DNA of 64,000 bases from assembly GCF_018350175.1 (NCBI RefSeq), contig NC_058383.1:28646001-28710000 (forward strand), in the 5' to 3' direction. Source of the DNA: Felis catus. Its lineage: Eukaryota. Of the stretch, positions 50,777 through 62,963 are shown in pieces. Position 1 is the first letter of the stretch, and every line of letters starts with the position of its first letter. The notes under the pieces are model-generated. The model did not search any database. It was not told the origin of the DNA and was given only the letters and a program-made list of their open reading frames with translations. The translations under genes were made by a program, and so were the position numbers.

Positions 50777-50972
50777 ATTTTAATGTTTGAGAGAGAGCAT
50801 GAGCAGGGGAGGGGCAGAGGGGCAGAAAGAAAGGGAGAGACAGAATCCCAAGCAGGTTCCACACTGTCAGCACAAAGCCCAGTTCAGGGTTTGAACTCAT
50901 GAACTGCAATATCGTGACCTGAGGTGAAACCAAGAGTTGGACGCTTAACCAACTGAGCCACCCAGGCATCCC
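50777..50972 (-). mobile_element. Can-SINE
   Basis: Tandem with the next copy. Confidence 0.93.
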
Positions 50973-50979
50973 AGATTTC

Positions 50980-51001
50980 TTTTTTTTCAAGTTTACTTAT
51001 T

Positions 51002-51052
<51 letters not shown>

Positions 51053-51201
51053 CAATGGGGAGGGGCAGAAGGAGGGGTGAGGGGTACTGGGGATCCAAAG
51101 CAGGCTCTGTGCTGACAGCACAGAGTCCAAACTCACGAACCATGAGATCGTGACCTGAGCCAATGTCAGAGGCTTAACCAACTGAGCAACCCAGGTGCCC
51201 C
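50980..51201 (-). mobile_element. Can-SINE with long (GA)n
   Basis: Pair flanked by tggatagattt. Confidence 0.93.
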
Positions 51202-51437
51202 TGGATAGATTTCACAAGAATAACAGTGACTAAAAAAAGACAATCTCAGAAAGTTACATACTATGTGGTTCCATTCATAAAGCTCTTAAAATGACAAAAT
51301 TATGGAAATGGAGACCTGAATTGTAGTTGTCAGGGACTGAGTGGGGGAAGGTAATTGTGGTTATAAAACTAGCATGAAGCATCCCTGTGAGGAAGACACT
51401 GCTCTGTTTCTTGACTGTGGTGTGGTCACACAGATCT

Positions 51438-51610
51438 AAGACAGAGTACAAACGAGGGAGGGGAAGACAGAGGGAGACACAGAATCCGAGGTGGGCACCA
51501 GGCTCCGAGCTGTCAGCATAGAGCCCAACATATGCTCGAACCCACGAACCGTGAGACCATGACCTGAACTGAAGTCGGACAATTAACCGACTAAGGCACT
51601 CGGGCGCCCC
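51438..51610 (-). mobile_element. Can-SINE lacking its tail
   Basis: Head and body present, no poly-T on plus strand. Confidence 0.85.
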
Positions 51611-51864
51611 TGATGGTATAATTCTATTTTATTTTCAGAACACATGAAATTCTTTATCGAATGCAATGTATTATTTGATCCACTAATATAAATTCTGTAA
51701 TTTTAACAATAAACACAAGAGGAACTTTCTGTAGATCCACCCTCCTTTAATGTAGCTCCAAAACCCTCTATAATAAAACAACACATCAGAGAAAGATGTA
51801 TCATTAGACCTAATGTGAAATGATTAGGGAAATTGTCTTTAACAGTAACATTTAAATGTTTAAC

Positions 51865-52508
51865 TTTTTTTTTTACTTTTTTAAATTTCATTTTTTATTT
51901 TTTAAAATTTACATCCAAATTAGCATATAGTGCAACGGTGATTTCAGGAGTAGATTCCCTAATGCCCCCTACCCATTTAGCCCATCCCCCCTCCCACAAC
52001 CCCTCCAGCAACCCTCAGTTTGTTCTCCATATTTATGAGTCTCTTCTGTTTTGTCCCCCTCCCTGTTTTTATATTATTTTTGTTTCCCTTCCCTTATGTT
52101 CATCTGTTTTGTCTCCTAAAGTCCTCCTATGAGTGAAGTCATATGATTTTTGTCCTTTTCTGACTAATTTCACTTAGCATAATACCCTCCAGTTCCATCC
52201 ACATAGTTGCAAATGGCAAGATTTCATTTTCTCATTGCCGAGTAATACTCCATTGTGTATATATACCACATCTTCTTTATCCATTCATCCATGGTTGGAC
52301 ATATGGGCTCTTCCCATACTTTGGCTATTGTGGATAGTGCTGCTATAAACATGGGGGTGCATGTGTCCCTTCGAAACAGCACACCTGTATCCCGCGGATA
52401 AATGCCTAGTAGTGCCACTGCTGGGTCGTAGGGTAGTTCTATGTTTAGTTTTTTGAGGAAGCTCCATACTGTTTTCCAGAGTGGCTGCACCAGCTTGCAT
52501 TCCCACCC
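51865..52508 (-). mobile_element. Young feline-type L1 3' end (sense to BMERB1)
   Basis: Open ORF2 C-terminus GWECKLVQPLWKTVW...TCTPMFIAAL...MEYYSA, 3' UTR and poly-A. Confidence 0.93.
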
Positions 52509-52769
52509 TAACAGTATAATTTTAATACACACACACACACACACACACACTAATACACACACAGTGTATGTAAATCTGGGGAAATCTGAATATATCAATG
52601 GATTGTATCAATGTCAATTTCCTGCTTTTGATATTACACGGTAGTTACACAAAATTCTATTGAGTGAAAATGAGTGAAAAGTAAACAGAGATCTCTCGAT
52701 TACTTCCTAACAACTGCACGCATAGTACAATTATCTGTAAAATGTTAAAAAAAAAAAAAAAGGCCAGAG

Positions 52770-53684
52770 GGAGAGAAGATATTTATCACACACAAATATA
52801 CCTATGGTCAGGAACCAAACATAAAGAATGCCCTGAAATTATCAACATAATACGAAAACAACAACAACAACAACAAAAACAAACCAGCAAAATGATATAA
52901 ACTGAGGATTCCCTGAAGAGGAAATTCAAATGTCCAATCAACATATGAAAAGATGTTTAACCTCATTGGCAATCAGGAAAATGCAAAAATGAAATAACAA
53001 ACAGGATTTCACACTCATCAGGTTGGCAAACTTTTAATAATCTCAGTAGCTGACGGCTGTCTGGGGTGGATGTTTTAAAAATGGCTACTTGGACCCGCTG
53101 GGAGGGCTGCAAATTTGTACAATCACAGTTGGATAACAATTTGACAGGGTTTATTAAAACTGAACATGTGCATACTCTCTGCTTAGCACTTCCTCTTCTA
53201 GATAAATACCCCGTGGAAACTCTTGCTCCTGGGCCCAAAAAGATGCATACCGGGATGGCCACGATGGCAGCATTTGCTAATAGTGAAAAAAACCAGAAAC
53301 ACACAAACGAACAAACAAAAAACCCATATATTATCAATAGGACATTGGTTGAAGAATTTGTGGTATATTCATATGCTATAAATACTTTGAACAGTTAAAA
53401 AAAAAGAATTGGTCTACATGCATCAACGTGCATAAATCCTGAAAATGTAATGTTTAGTAGCAAAGACAAGAGGTCAAATGATATGTACAACATGAGATCA
53501 CGTATTGTTTATGGGTGTAAACATCATGCAGTAAAAACAAAAACACGTGGGGAGCGTGGCTCAGTCTGTGGAGCGTCCCATTCTTGATTTCAGCTCAGGT
53601 CATGATTCCAGAATCGTGGGATCAAGCCCCGAGTTAGGCTCCATGCTGTCTCTCTCCCTCTGCCCCTCCCCCACTCACGTGCAT

Positions 53685-53715
<31 letters not shown>

Positions 53716-53935
53716 TTAAAATAAAAAAAAAAAACACAACATGTAGGTAGGAAGGATACAACTATTTCAAATAGGGGTCACTTCTAGAAAGGCAGGGGAC
53801 TAGCAAGGGATCTTTAGCTAAATTTTTAAGGGTGTTTTTTTCTTAATCGATGTGAAGTAAAGACCCTAGTATTTGACAAATCTGGATGGCAGATACAGGA
53901 GTTTAGGTTTTCTCTGTGCTAGTCTTACGCCTGAA
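52770..53935 (+). mobile_element. L1ME-type ORF2 end and 3' UTR
   Basis: acatatgaaaagatgtttaacctcattggcaatcagg. Confidence 0.75.
53549..53733 (+). mobile_element. Can-SINE
   Basis: Consensus match. Confidence 0.88.
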
Positions 53936-54304
53936 TTTTGTTTTAAAAAGCACACACAGAACGAACCCCCCAAGTTTGCTCCATGATGCAGGGGCATACC
54001 CCCATGTGGAAGACACAACTTTTCGATGAAACAGCCTCACACTAGCAGTTGCTGGGGTGGGAGCAGGGGGTTGAGGATGGGGGAGAGTGAGGGATGGGGT
54101 ATTCAGGTGGCTTTCCCTGCATAGACTCTCCAAAAGTGGCATCCCTTCGGGAATATTTGGGGTGAGAAGTGACTGTGATCTTTCGTAAGGCTACGATGAA
54201 AATATATCAGAAGAGGGTGTGTGAAAGCCAAGGTCAGGCTATTCAGTGGTTTAGTGAGGCAGGCAATGGAAGCTGTTAAAAGGAAACATCTTTAAACATC
54301 TTTT

Positions 54305-54541
54305 GGGGGCACTTGGGTGGCTCCGTCAGTTAAGTGTCCGACTCTTGGTCTCGGCTCAGGTCATGATTGCATGGTTCATGGGTTCAAGCCCCCAGATAGC
54401 ATGGAGCCTGCTTGGGATTCTCTCTATCTCCCTCTCTCTCTGCCCCTCCCCTGCTTGGGCTCTCTAAATGAATGAATGAATGAATGAATGAACGAACAAA
54501 CAAACAAATAAATAAATAAATAAATAAACTTTAAAAAAAAA
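54305..54541 (+). mobile_element. Can-SINE with compound (TGAA)n(CAAA)n(TAAA)n tail
   Basis: Consensus match. Confidence 0.9.
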
Positions 54542-54784
54542 AGAGAGAGAGAGAAACACCTTGTATGCCACCTGCCCCACCTCCACATCCCCCTTCCCGG
54601 CTTATTCACCATTCACTTTAGGACCTGGCTGTTTCTGCTCTTAAAGGGGGCTCAGAGGATGCCTTTAAGGGTATTTCAAACACCCTACTACCCTTGAAAC
54701 CATTGGAAGAAAGCATAGTACCTTGTTCCTGTCATTGGATTCAGAATGACCTTTCCCCTCCTCCCCACACCCATGCATCCATGC

Positions 54785-55003
54785 TAGAATTTCTCACCAT
54801 CAGCACTTTTGACATTTGGGGCCAAATAAATCTTTGTCGGGGAGGAGGGGGGCTGACCTGTGCATTGGGAGTTTACTACCATTCCTCGCTGTTTACCCAC
54901 CAGACACCAGTGGCACCCCCACCCCGGGTGTGACAATGAAGAACGTCGCCAGACCTTGCCAAATGTCCCCTCGGGCCAAATCGTCCCTGATTGAGAACCG
55001 GTG
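54785..55003 (+). mobile_element. MER20
   Basis: tttctcaccatcagcacttttgacatttggggcc...ttgccaaatgtcccct...ttgagaacc. Confidence 0.88.
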
Positions 55004-55763
55004 CTCCAGACAATTGGCCGGATGCACAATTAGTGTGCTTTTGGTCCAGGTCCCCCGGCCACCCTTGAAGCTTCCAGCAGCAGCTGTATTTAGGACGCTC
55101 ACTCTCCCTGTTCACCGTGGCCTTCCAGCCACATGGCAAACAAAACTTCCTTCGTTTCCTGAAAGGTTTCCCCAGTGGCGTCTCTCAGATCAGTTAGGCT
55201 GCATTTTATATTCAGGCGGAAACAAACTGGCTTCCCAGAACCCTTCCCGGTTTTTGAATCTCTCCATGGATGCATGTTTGCAGGCAAAATCGGATGCACG
55301 GAGGGATGACTCTGCAGGTTTAAGAAGCCTGTGCTGCCCGCTTCCCAGCCTCTGCGCCTGAGTTATTTGACGTCTGGCAACAGAAGGGCTGAGTGAGTCC
55401 AGCATACATCTTTCCTGACTAATCTTTTAGAATCAATAACCTGAGTCACCATACCTGACATTTGCAGCACCCTCTTTAGAAACGTGATCTATTTATTCGT
55501 TTTACAATTGCACCTCCTGTCTCCACGTCCCAGTGAATTACATACCTATCCTTAGGCCCCAGGGGCCTTCTCTCAAATGCTCTGTGCAGGCAGCTCTCTG
55601 CTTCTGTTCCTGCGATTTCCTCCTCCAGGAACACTTTCCTTTCCCGGACTCCTCTCCGAGGTAAAGCCTTCTGTTGTACGGACTTCACACTGTCTCCGAC
55701 CAGCTCCCTCACTCTACCCAAGACCAGGCCTTCGGGCCAGGAGATCTCATGGTATCTTGGACT

Positions 55764-55920
55764 TATGGTGGCCGGGTTTCACAAATGAACTCTAACTTCA
55801 GACAAAAGTTTTAGTATAAGTTTCTCCCAAATATGATATAGGGTATACTTATACTTAAAAAGTCATTTGTTGTTTGTCTGAAACTCAAAGTTAACTGGGC
55901 ATTTTTATCTGCCAGCCCTA
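55764..55920. mobile_element. MER53-like palindromic hAT MITE
   Basis: ttcagacaaa..ttttagtataagt / acttatacttaaaa..tttgtctgaa inverted arms; ends gccagcccta. Confidence 0.8.
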
Positions 55921-57010
55921 CCTGGGATTCTCCTGCAGAGCACTTACCACAGGTGGAAATTCTATTACCGTTGTGTGACTAGCTTCATGAGGCCAATGGA
56001 TAGGTCTGTTTCCCCCCTGTTCTATTCCTGGCTTCTCGCACCAAGTTTTGGGCACAGAGGGCACGGAACGAACTCTGATAGGTGAATGGATGAGTGGGAG
56101 AAGGAAGGAGGGATGGAAGGAGGAAAGGAGGGAGGGAGAAAGGGAGGAAGGACGCAAGGAAGGGAGGAATGGAATCCATGCCAGGCAGGGATAACGGATT
56201 GCTTTTACTTTCCAGGAAGCACTACACTGTGACTTTGCTCATTCCCTTCCTCTTCTGGTTCACTGAGCACAGGGGTCATTTCTGTCTGAATGCCTTCCTG
56301 GGGTCCCCAGGCTGGGTCAGAAGTCCCTGAGTTCCCAATGTACCCAGATCTTCCCTCTTATGAGGCACTTAACATATTGCATAATTATGTATTAACGTGT
56401 CTGTCTCTCTCACCAGCCCATAAATTCCTTGAGGGCAGGCACAGTGTCTCGTGCATCTTGGAAACCCTGTAACCAGACAGAGCCAGCAAATGCTCAGCCA
56501 TTGATGTGTCAAACTGACTGCATAGCCCCAGTGTGGTCCGCCCCTGCCTCTACCTTTGGCCACCTTCAGGCCGTTTGGGCATATGATAACATCAAAAACA
56601 AATTCACAAAAACAAAATAGAAAGCAAAAACAACAAACCCGGCTTCAGTAGTAAGTAATATCTTTTTTTTAATTGAAGCTTTATAGGGAAATGGTTACCT
56701 AACTCATCTCAGAGCAAAATTCCTGAATATTCTTTTGATTTGCTTCTCTTCTCCTTTATACCCCCTTTATGCTTCCCTGAATCTCCTCTTCACTTCTCCT
56801 CCCACCCCTCTCTGGCCACGCTGGCTCCAGGGACCCAATCACCTGCCCCAACTCCCTGTACCTGTAGTGCACAGTTTCTTTTTCTTAGGTGGGGCTGTTT
56901 AGTCCTCTCTGGACTTCTCCAATTTGCATCCCACTCAGAGAATCCTCAACCCCCTCAGAGAATTCTTCCTGGGAGTCAAATTCCTTTGAAGTTGGAGAAG
57001 GATAGGGGAA

Positions 57011-57228
57011 TTTTTTCTAACGTTTATTTATTTTTGAGGAGAGAGAGACCAGAGAGAGAGAGACAGCATGCATGGGCAGGGAGGGGAAGAGAGAGAGGGA
57101 GACAGAGGGTCGAAACAGGGTACGCTCTGTCAGCACAGAGCCTGATGCGGGGCTTGAACTCATGAACCGTGAGATCATGACTAGAGCTGGAGCCAGCTGC
57201 TTAACTGACTGAGCTACCCAGATAGCTC
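57011..57228 (-). mobile_element. Can-SINE
   Basis: Consensus match. Confidence 0.92.
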
Positions 57229-57258
57229 CTAAAGCAATCATTTAAATTAGGGCTTCCT

Positions 57259-57391
57259 GGGGTGCCTGGGTGGTTCAGTTGGTTAAGCATCCAATATTGA
57301 CTTTGGTTCAGTTCATGGCCTCAAGGTTTGTGAGTTCAAGCCCCACAAGGGGCTCTGCTTGGACAGTGTGGAGCCTGCTTCAGACTCTGTC

Positions 57392-57429
<38 letters not shown>

Positions 57430-57481
57430 CCTCCTCCACTTGCTCTCTCTCTCTCAATAAATGAACATTAACAAAAAATAA
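57259..57481 (+). mobile_element. Can-SINE
   Basis: TSD aaatt(a/g)gggct(t/c)cctg. Confidence 0.92.
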
Positions 57482-57954
57482 ATTGGGGCTCCCTGTCACA
57501 GCAGAAGATGATACTGTCCATCCCAGAGTGGGACAGGAATCAAAGTAGAAAATGTGCTCATTCAGGGCAGACAATGTAGGGTTGCTGTGGCATCGAGACC
57601 AGAACTACCGAGAAGTGAGATGTGGCAAGAGGAGAGCAACCAGTGGAAAGGAGACCTGAGAAGAGAAGAAAAGGATGAAATTCTGAAGACTAGGGGTCCT
57701 GATGTTGAGAAGGGGCTCTCAGACATTCCCCCGTGGCTCCACCTAAAAACGATGGCGCCTCTTCTCTTAGGCTATTTCCTACTGATGTTGCTGTGATTTC
57801 TTTTCTGCATCAAGGTCACCACCATCAAGGTGCACCTGAGCACGATGATACCTCAGAATGGAATAAAGGGGAGGCCACCAGGTAAAGAACCTGGAGAGGT
57901 TCCAAGGGATGCATCTGAAAACACATACAACTCATTCTCCCCTTCCCTTCTACT

Positions 57955-58480
57955 TTTGTGGTTAGATGCATGTATGTGTATAAATTTGTAACTTCCTATT
58001 GTACTGACCCTTTCATCATTATAAAATGTCCCTTTTTGTCTCTAGTAATGCTTTTTGTCTTAAAGTCTATTCTGTTCAACATTAGTAGAGCCACTCCTGC
58101 TCTCTGCTGTTTGCCTGTATATATTTTTCCATCTTTTTCTTTTTAACCTATTCGTGTCTTTGAATCTAAAATGTGTCTTTTGCCAGCAGCATGTAGTTGG
58201 ATCTTTTTTTTTTCTTCTAATCCAGTCTGACAATCTCTGCTTTTTGATTGGAGCATTTAATCCATTTACATTTAATGCAATTATTGATGTGATTAGATTT
58301 ACACCTGCCATTTTGCTATTTGTTTTCTCTATGTCTCATGTCTTTTTTGTTCCTCTATTCCTCCTTTACTGACTTCTTTTATGTTAAATAGGTATTTACT
58401 GGCATACTACTTTAATGCTTTTGTTTGCTTTTTTATTATCTTATTTTGAGTTTATTACTTTAGTGGTTGCTCTGGGGTTC
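57955..58480 (-). mobile_element. L1M fragment spanning the ORF2 start (endonuclease N-terminus)
   Basis: SIIALNVNGLNAPIKKQRLSDWI...DPTTCCWQKTHF. Confidence 0.88.
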
Positions 58481-58549
58481 CCTTCAACTTTCAATTATGA
58501 TAAAATCACAGAATTTTGTATAGCTGAATCTAATCACTTGTCAGGTTAA

Positions 58550-59170
58550 CCGCTTTATTCCACAAGGAATTATCAAACACTGTTTGATGTGTCAGTGTGA
58601 TAAACACTGTGATAGACACTGGGACTTAAAGTTGAATAGGTCATGGTTTCTGCCCTCAACAGAGGGATATGACCCAGACAAAACAGCCATTACAATGCAG
58701 TGTGATTAGAGCCGCATTACGGAGGATGTGTGGGGTAACAAGTTATGTCCGCAAAGGAAATATGGCCTAAAGGAAAGATATCCATTCAACTTGTAGGGGT
58801 CAGGAAATGCTTCTGAGGAGGCAAGAAGCCCATGCTATTCATTGAAGAATGAGTAGGAGTTAGCAGGTCAGAGAAGTGGGAACCAGGTATAGGTATTCCA
58901 GAAGGAGGGAACAATCGGAACCAAAACCTGGAGGCATGATAAATTGTAAGCCTTGAGAATAATACAAGGACATGGTGGCAGCTGGATCACAGGTCATGAC
59001 GTGTGAAGGGAGAGAAAGTAGCCAGGCAGGCTGCTAGGGACAGTGGCATCCTGAAGACAATGGTGAATTCCTTCACCATTGGATTTAAATAGGGGGTCAT
59101 ATTCACATTGTGCAAGATGACTCTGTCCACTAGCTGGAAGATCCATGAGACATGATGCAGTGGAGACAAG
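58550..59170 (-). mobile_element. L2 fragment
   Basis: catggtttctgccctca, ggggtcaggaaatgcttc, tgaagaatgagtaggagttagc. Confidence 0.75.
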
Positions 59171-59492
59171 AGTCAGAAAGCTTTAGGGAATTGTTGGAGG
59201 TCAATTAGGTTTGGGGTGAACATAGACAGGAACCAAGGAATTCTGATTTCCAGCGTGCTACTTTTTCCCACTACACCATGTCAACTTTGAGTATTTTTTT
59301 CCTGCCTTGTTAAGAAGTTTTTAGTCTCAAAATGAACCCCACAAAATGAATTCAGACTTATATATCTCTTACATTCCAGACCTAGCCAAACACCTTTAAC
59401 TCAGCAATTCCACTTTTAAGAATCTATACAGAGGAAATAATGGGACAGATGTGAAAAACCTAAAAAAGAAGGGGGGGCGGTGTTGTAGCATT

Positions 59493-59709
59493 GTTTATTT
59501 ATTTTTATGTTTTATTTATTTTTGAAAGAGAGAAAGACAGAGCACGAGCGGGGGAGGAACAGAGAGAGAGAGGGAGACACAGAATCTGAAGCAGGCTCCC
59601 GGCTCCGAGCTGTCAGCACAGAGCCCGACGCAGGACTGGACCCCACAAACTGTGAGATCATGACAAGCTGAAGTTGGATACTTAACCAAATGAGCCACCC
59701 AGGTGCCCC
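59493..59709 (-). mobile_element. Can-SINE inside an L1ME-like 3' fragment (about 59390-60065, +)
   Basis: TSD gtagca(t/a)t(g/a)tttat. Confidence 0.93.
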
Positions 59710-60321
59710 GTAGCAATATTTATGAGAGCAAAAATGTTACGTGGCTTAAATGTCCCTCAGTAGGGAATTGGTCAAGCATACCCAGACATCGGAAAATTAT
59801 GCAGTCGTCGAAAAGGATGAGATAGTTCTGTATTGTTGGCATAGGAAGTTGGCCATGATATACTGAATGAAAAAAATTAGGCTATGTTTACTACGTATAC
59901 TTCCTTTCATTAAAAAAAAAAAACATATGTTAACACATGTCCAATCAAAGACTGGAAGGATATACACCAATTCTGATAGTAGTTTGAGGGTGAGAATTGG
60001 CTTTTTCTTCCTACTTTTTACATTCCGTATTGCTTGGATTTTTATAATGAGCACATATGACTTTAAAAAGGCTTTGAAAATCTTACTGACAGCATCTATG
60101 CAGCCCCTGCAATAAATGCCACGAAATTAATTCAATCTCTTAAGCCTCAGCTGCCTGAAGAGAAAGGAAAATGTCAACTCGATTAGCTAGAAATTGCTAT
60201 AAAGAACAGTCAGGCATTAACTATGGCCCTTTCTGAGAACATGGATGGAAAGTCAGGCCAGAAGCCTCCCGGCCTTATTGGTGAATACACTTGAAAGGAA
60301 CATTCTTTAAAGCTGTTTCCA

Positions 60322-60547
60322 GGACACCTGAGTGGCTCAGTCGGTTAAGCATCGGACTCCTGATTTTGGCTCAGGCCATGATCTCGAGGTTCATGGGATA
60401 GAGCCCTGCGTCAGGCTCTGTGCTGTCAGCATGCAGCCTGCTTGGGATTCTCTCTCTCCCTCTCTGTCTCTGCCCCTCCCTTGCCCGTGCTCTCTCTCTC
60501 TCAAAATAAATAAATAAACTCAAAAAAAAAAAAAAAAAGAAAACAAA
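60322..60547 (+). mobile_element. Can-SINE
   Basis: TSD aaag(c/t)tgtttcc. Confidence 0.95.
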
Positions 60548-60596
60548 AAGTTGTTTCCTGTCCTTGCAGTCTCCAAAGAACAGTTAGTGGTAGAGC

Positions 60597-60703
60597 AGAC
60601 AGTGAGCCTAATTTACCTGGGACTCATAGTTTCCTGGAATGCAGGACTTGTCAGTGCTAAACACAGGACGGTCCCAGGCAAACCAAGATGGTTGAACACC
60701 CTA
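60597..60703. mobile_element. MER81-like hAT-Blackjack MITE
   Basis: tttacctgggact ... gtcccaggcaaacc inverted arms, tcagtgctaaa core, ends cacccta. Confidence 0.7.
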
Positions 60704-61708
60704 GTGGTGACCATCGTTGGGTAGTTTTTCAGATGACATTTTTCTAATATTCCCCTATTCGTTTCCAGCCTTCTTCGTTGCAAGAGACTGTCAATGCTTC
60801 AGAACCCTCGTGAGTGATTTCTCACAAAATACTCATTATAACCAAATCCCACTAACTGAATGGTTGCTATATTCAAAGGAGGGCCTTCCAAGTGTGATTT
60901 TCTGAGTGTTGCTCTCCATTTTTCCTGCTCCGTCCTCACCATGTTCACAGTATAATACAGTAGTGATCTTGATCTTGTAGCTTTAATGCAAAGTCACTGA
61001 TGGTTCAAAGCCTACTGCATATCCCCGGAGATTAGAATCTCTATTTGGACTGAGATGGTGTGCGGGTACGGGTGACTTTAGTATGTACCCCGGGAGAGAA
61101 ACTGACCCAATGGAAGGCAAGTAGGGCTGGAGGAAACTTGACAGTTCTTGGTCCCTTCCAATGGCTTGTTGGAGAAGGACTTGTTAGCACATTCAGGCTT
61201 CAGTGCTCTCCACCAAAGCAGTTAATATTTAATTATTGGCCATGGCTAGGCTTGTGATGATTACAAGTTAGAAAATAGAAGAAAAAATCAGCTAGGCATT
61301 AACAGAATGAGTCATAAGTTTTGACACTATGATTTGATTATGGTATGGCTTGACTTTGCAAAACACGCTTCAACAATTCTACTACATGCGTTTATAATTG
61401 CAACGTAAAGGAATTAATCTTGCAAGCTCATTTTTTTGAGACTTCTAAAACACTCTTGAGATCACAAAAGACCCTCTTCTATGAACTGAAAATTATTTGG
61501 TCCTAGATGCAGGATTTCACATATTTTAGATGACCTCTGCTATGATGCCATATACTCATTAGAAATTTAACAAATGTCCTAGACTGAATTGAGATGCGCT
61601 GCGAGTATTAGAAAAACAGGGTTGGTTATTATGCAATTAACATCAAGCCAGGCTTTAAGATTTAGAGAATTTCAAACTTCTTAAAAAAAAAAAAAACAAC
61701 TGTGATTA

Positions 61709-61940
61709 GGGGTGCCTGGGTGGCTCAGTCGGTTGAGTGTCTGACTTCAGCTCAGGCCATGATCTCATGGCCTGTGGGTTCAAGCCCTATATCGGGCTCT
61801 GTGCTGACAGCTTGGAGCCTGGAGCCTGTTTCGGATTCTGTGTCTCCCTCTCTCTCTGCCCCTCCCCTGCTCATTCTCTCTCTCTCTCTCCCTCCCTCCC
61901 TCTCTCTCTCTCTCTCTCTCAGAAATAAACATTAAAAAAA
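61709..61940 (+). mobile_element. Can-SINE
   Basis: Flanked by ctgtgatta. Confidence 0.95.
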
Positions 61941-61963
61941 ATTTTCTTTTTAATCTGTGATTA

Positions 61964-62150
61964 GGGGCACCTTGGTGGCTCAGTGGGTTAAGCGTCTGAC
62001 TTTGGCTCTGGTCATGATCTCATGGTTCGTGAGTTTGAGCCCAGCAACGGGCTCACTGCTTCCAGCATAGAGCCTGCCTCGGATCCTCTGTCCCCCACTC
62101 TCTCTGTCCCTCCCCTGCTCATGCTCTCTCTCTCAAAAATAAATAAATAT
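61964..62150 (+). mobile_element. Can-SINE
   Basis: Flanked by ctgtgatta. Confidence 0.95.
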
Positions 62151-62624
62151 TTTTTAAAACTGTGATTAAAAATGGGGGGTGGACCCGATATTTCTCTTGA
62201 AAATACAAAATCAGGTAATAACACTTGGCACAGGGGAAGAAAAAAGTTTTAGTATTTTTCCTCACGTTGTTGAATGTGGTCGACTTTTTTGTTTGCTCAC
62301 TTCCAGACTTGAAAGAGAGCAACACCTCATATGTGGTTGCCCAAAGGGAACAGTTAAAAGATCCATGGAGTCCCTGTGGCTTCTGGTCTGTGACCCCATA
62401 TCCCCAAAACATGAGTGAGTTTACTAGCCACAGAAAAGCCTTTCTGGATTGAGTGTCAGAGAGCCAGAAACAGAAAGCCACAAGTTATCGCAGCATTCTG
62501 GAAGGAGATTTCAACAAAGGTCAGAAAAGGACATTAATATTCATTCTTTTAATCAGATAGCTTCTGACCCACTGACCAGATCTGCGGGCTGAGTTCATGG
62601 CTTCTTCTCATCTCCCTCCCTTCT

Positions 62625-62897
62625 TAAAATGAAATGTTTACCTTGGAATAATTTCAGATTTGCAGAAAAGTTGCCATCATAGTGCAGGGGGTTCCCGTGT
62701 CCCCTTCACCCAATTTCCCCCAAGGTTCACATCTTCTAGAAAGATGGTGCATTTGTCAAAATGAAGCATTAACAGTGGTACGATACTATTCATTAAACCA
62801 CAGGCTTGATTCGAATTTACTAGTTTTCCCATTAATGTTCTTTTTTTCTGTTGCAGGCCCAGCCCAGCCTCCCACACTGCCTTCGAGTCTCTCCTTG
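62625..62897 (-). mobile_element. L1MB8/L1MC-type 3' end
   Basis: aataatttcagatttgcagaaaagttgc...cccttcaccca...gttttcccattaatgt. Confidence 0.75.
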
Positions 62898-62963
62898 GTA
62901 AGTAAGAGCCACCCCGTCTGCATCAGGACCTTACCCGGCCTCAGCTCCCTTTTCTCATTAGAG

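Larger units (their letters stand above)
48907..52760 (+). mobile_element. Old L1M (L1MC/MD-like): endonuclease region, internal deletion, ORF2 end and 3' UTR, with many later insertions
   Basis: AILESDKVD, YAPN and IVGDFNTP motifs; jump at about 50490 to aattgcactcttgggtatctacc; 3' UTR pieces at 51202-51437 and 52526-52760. Confidence 0.8.
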
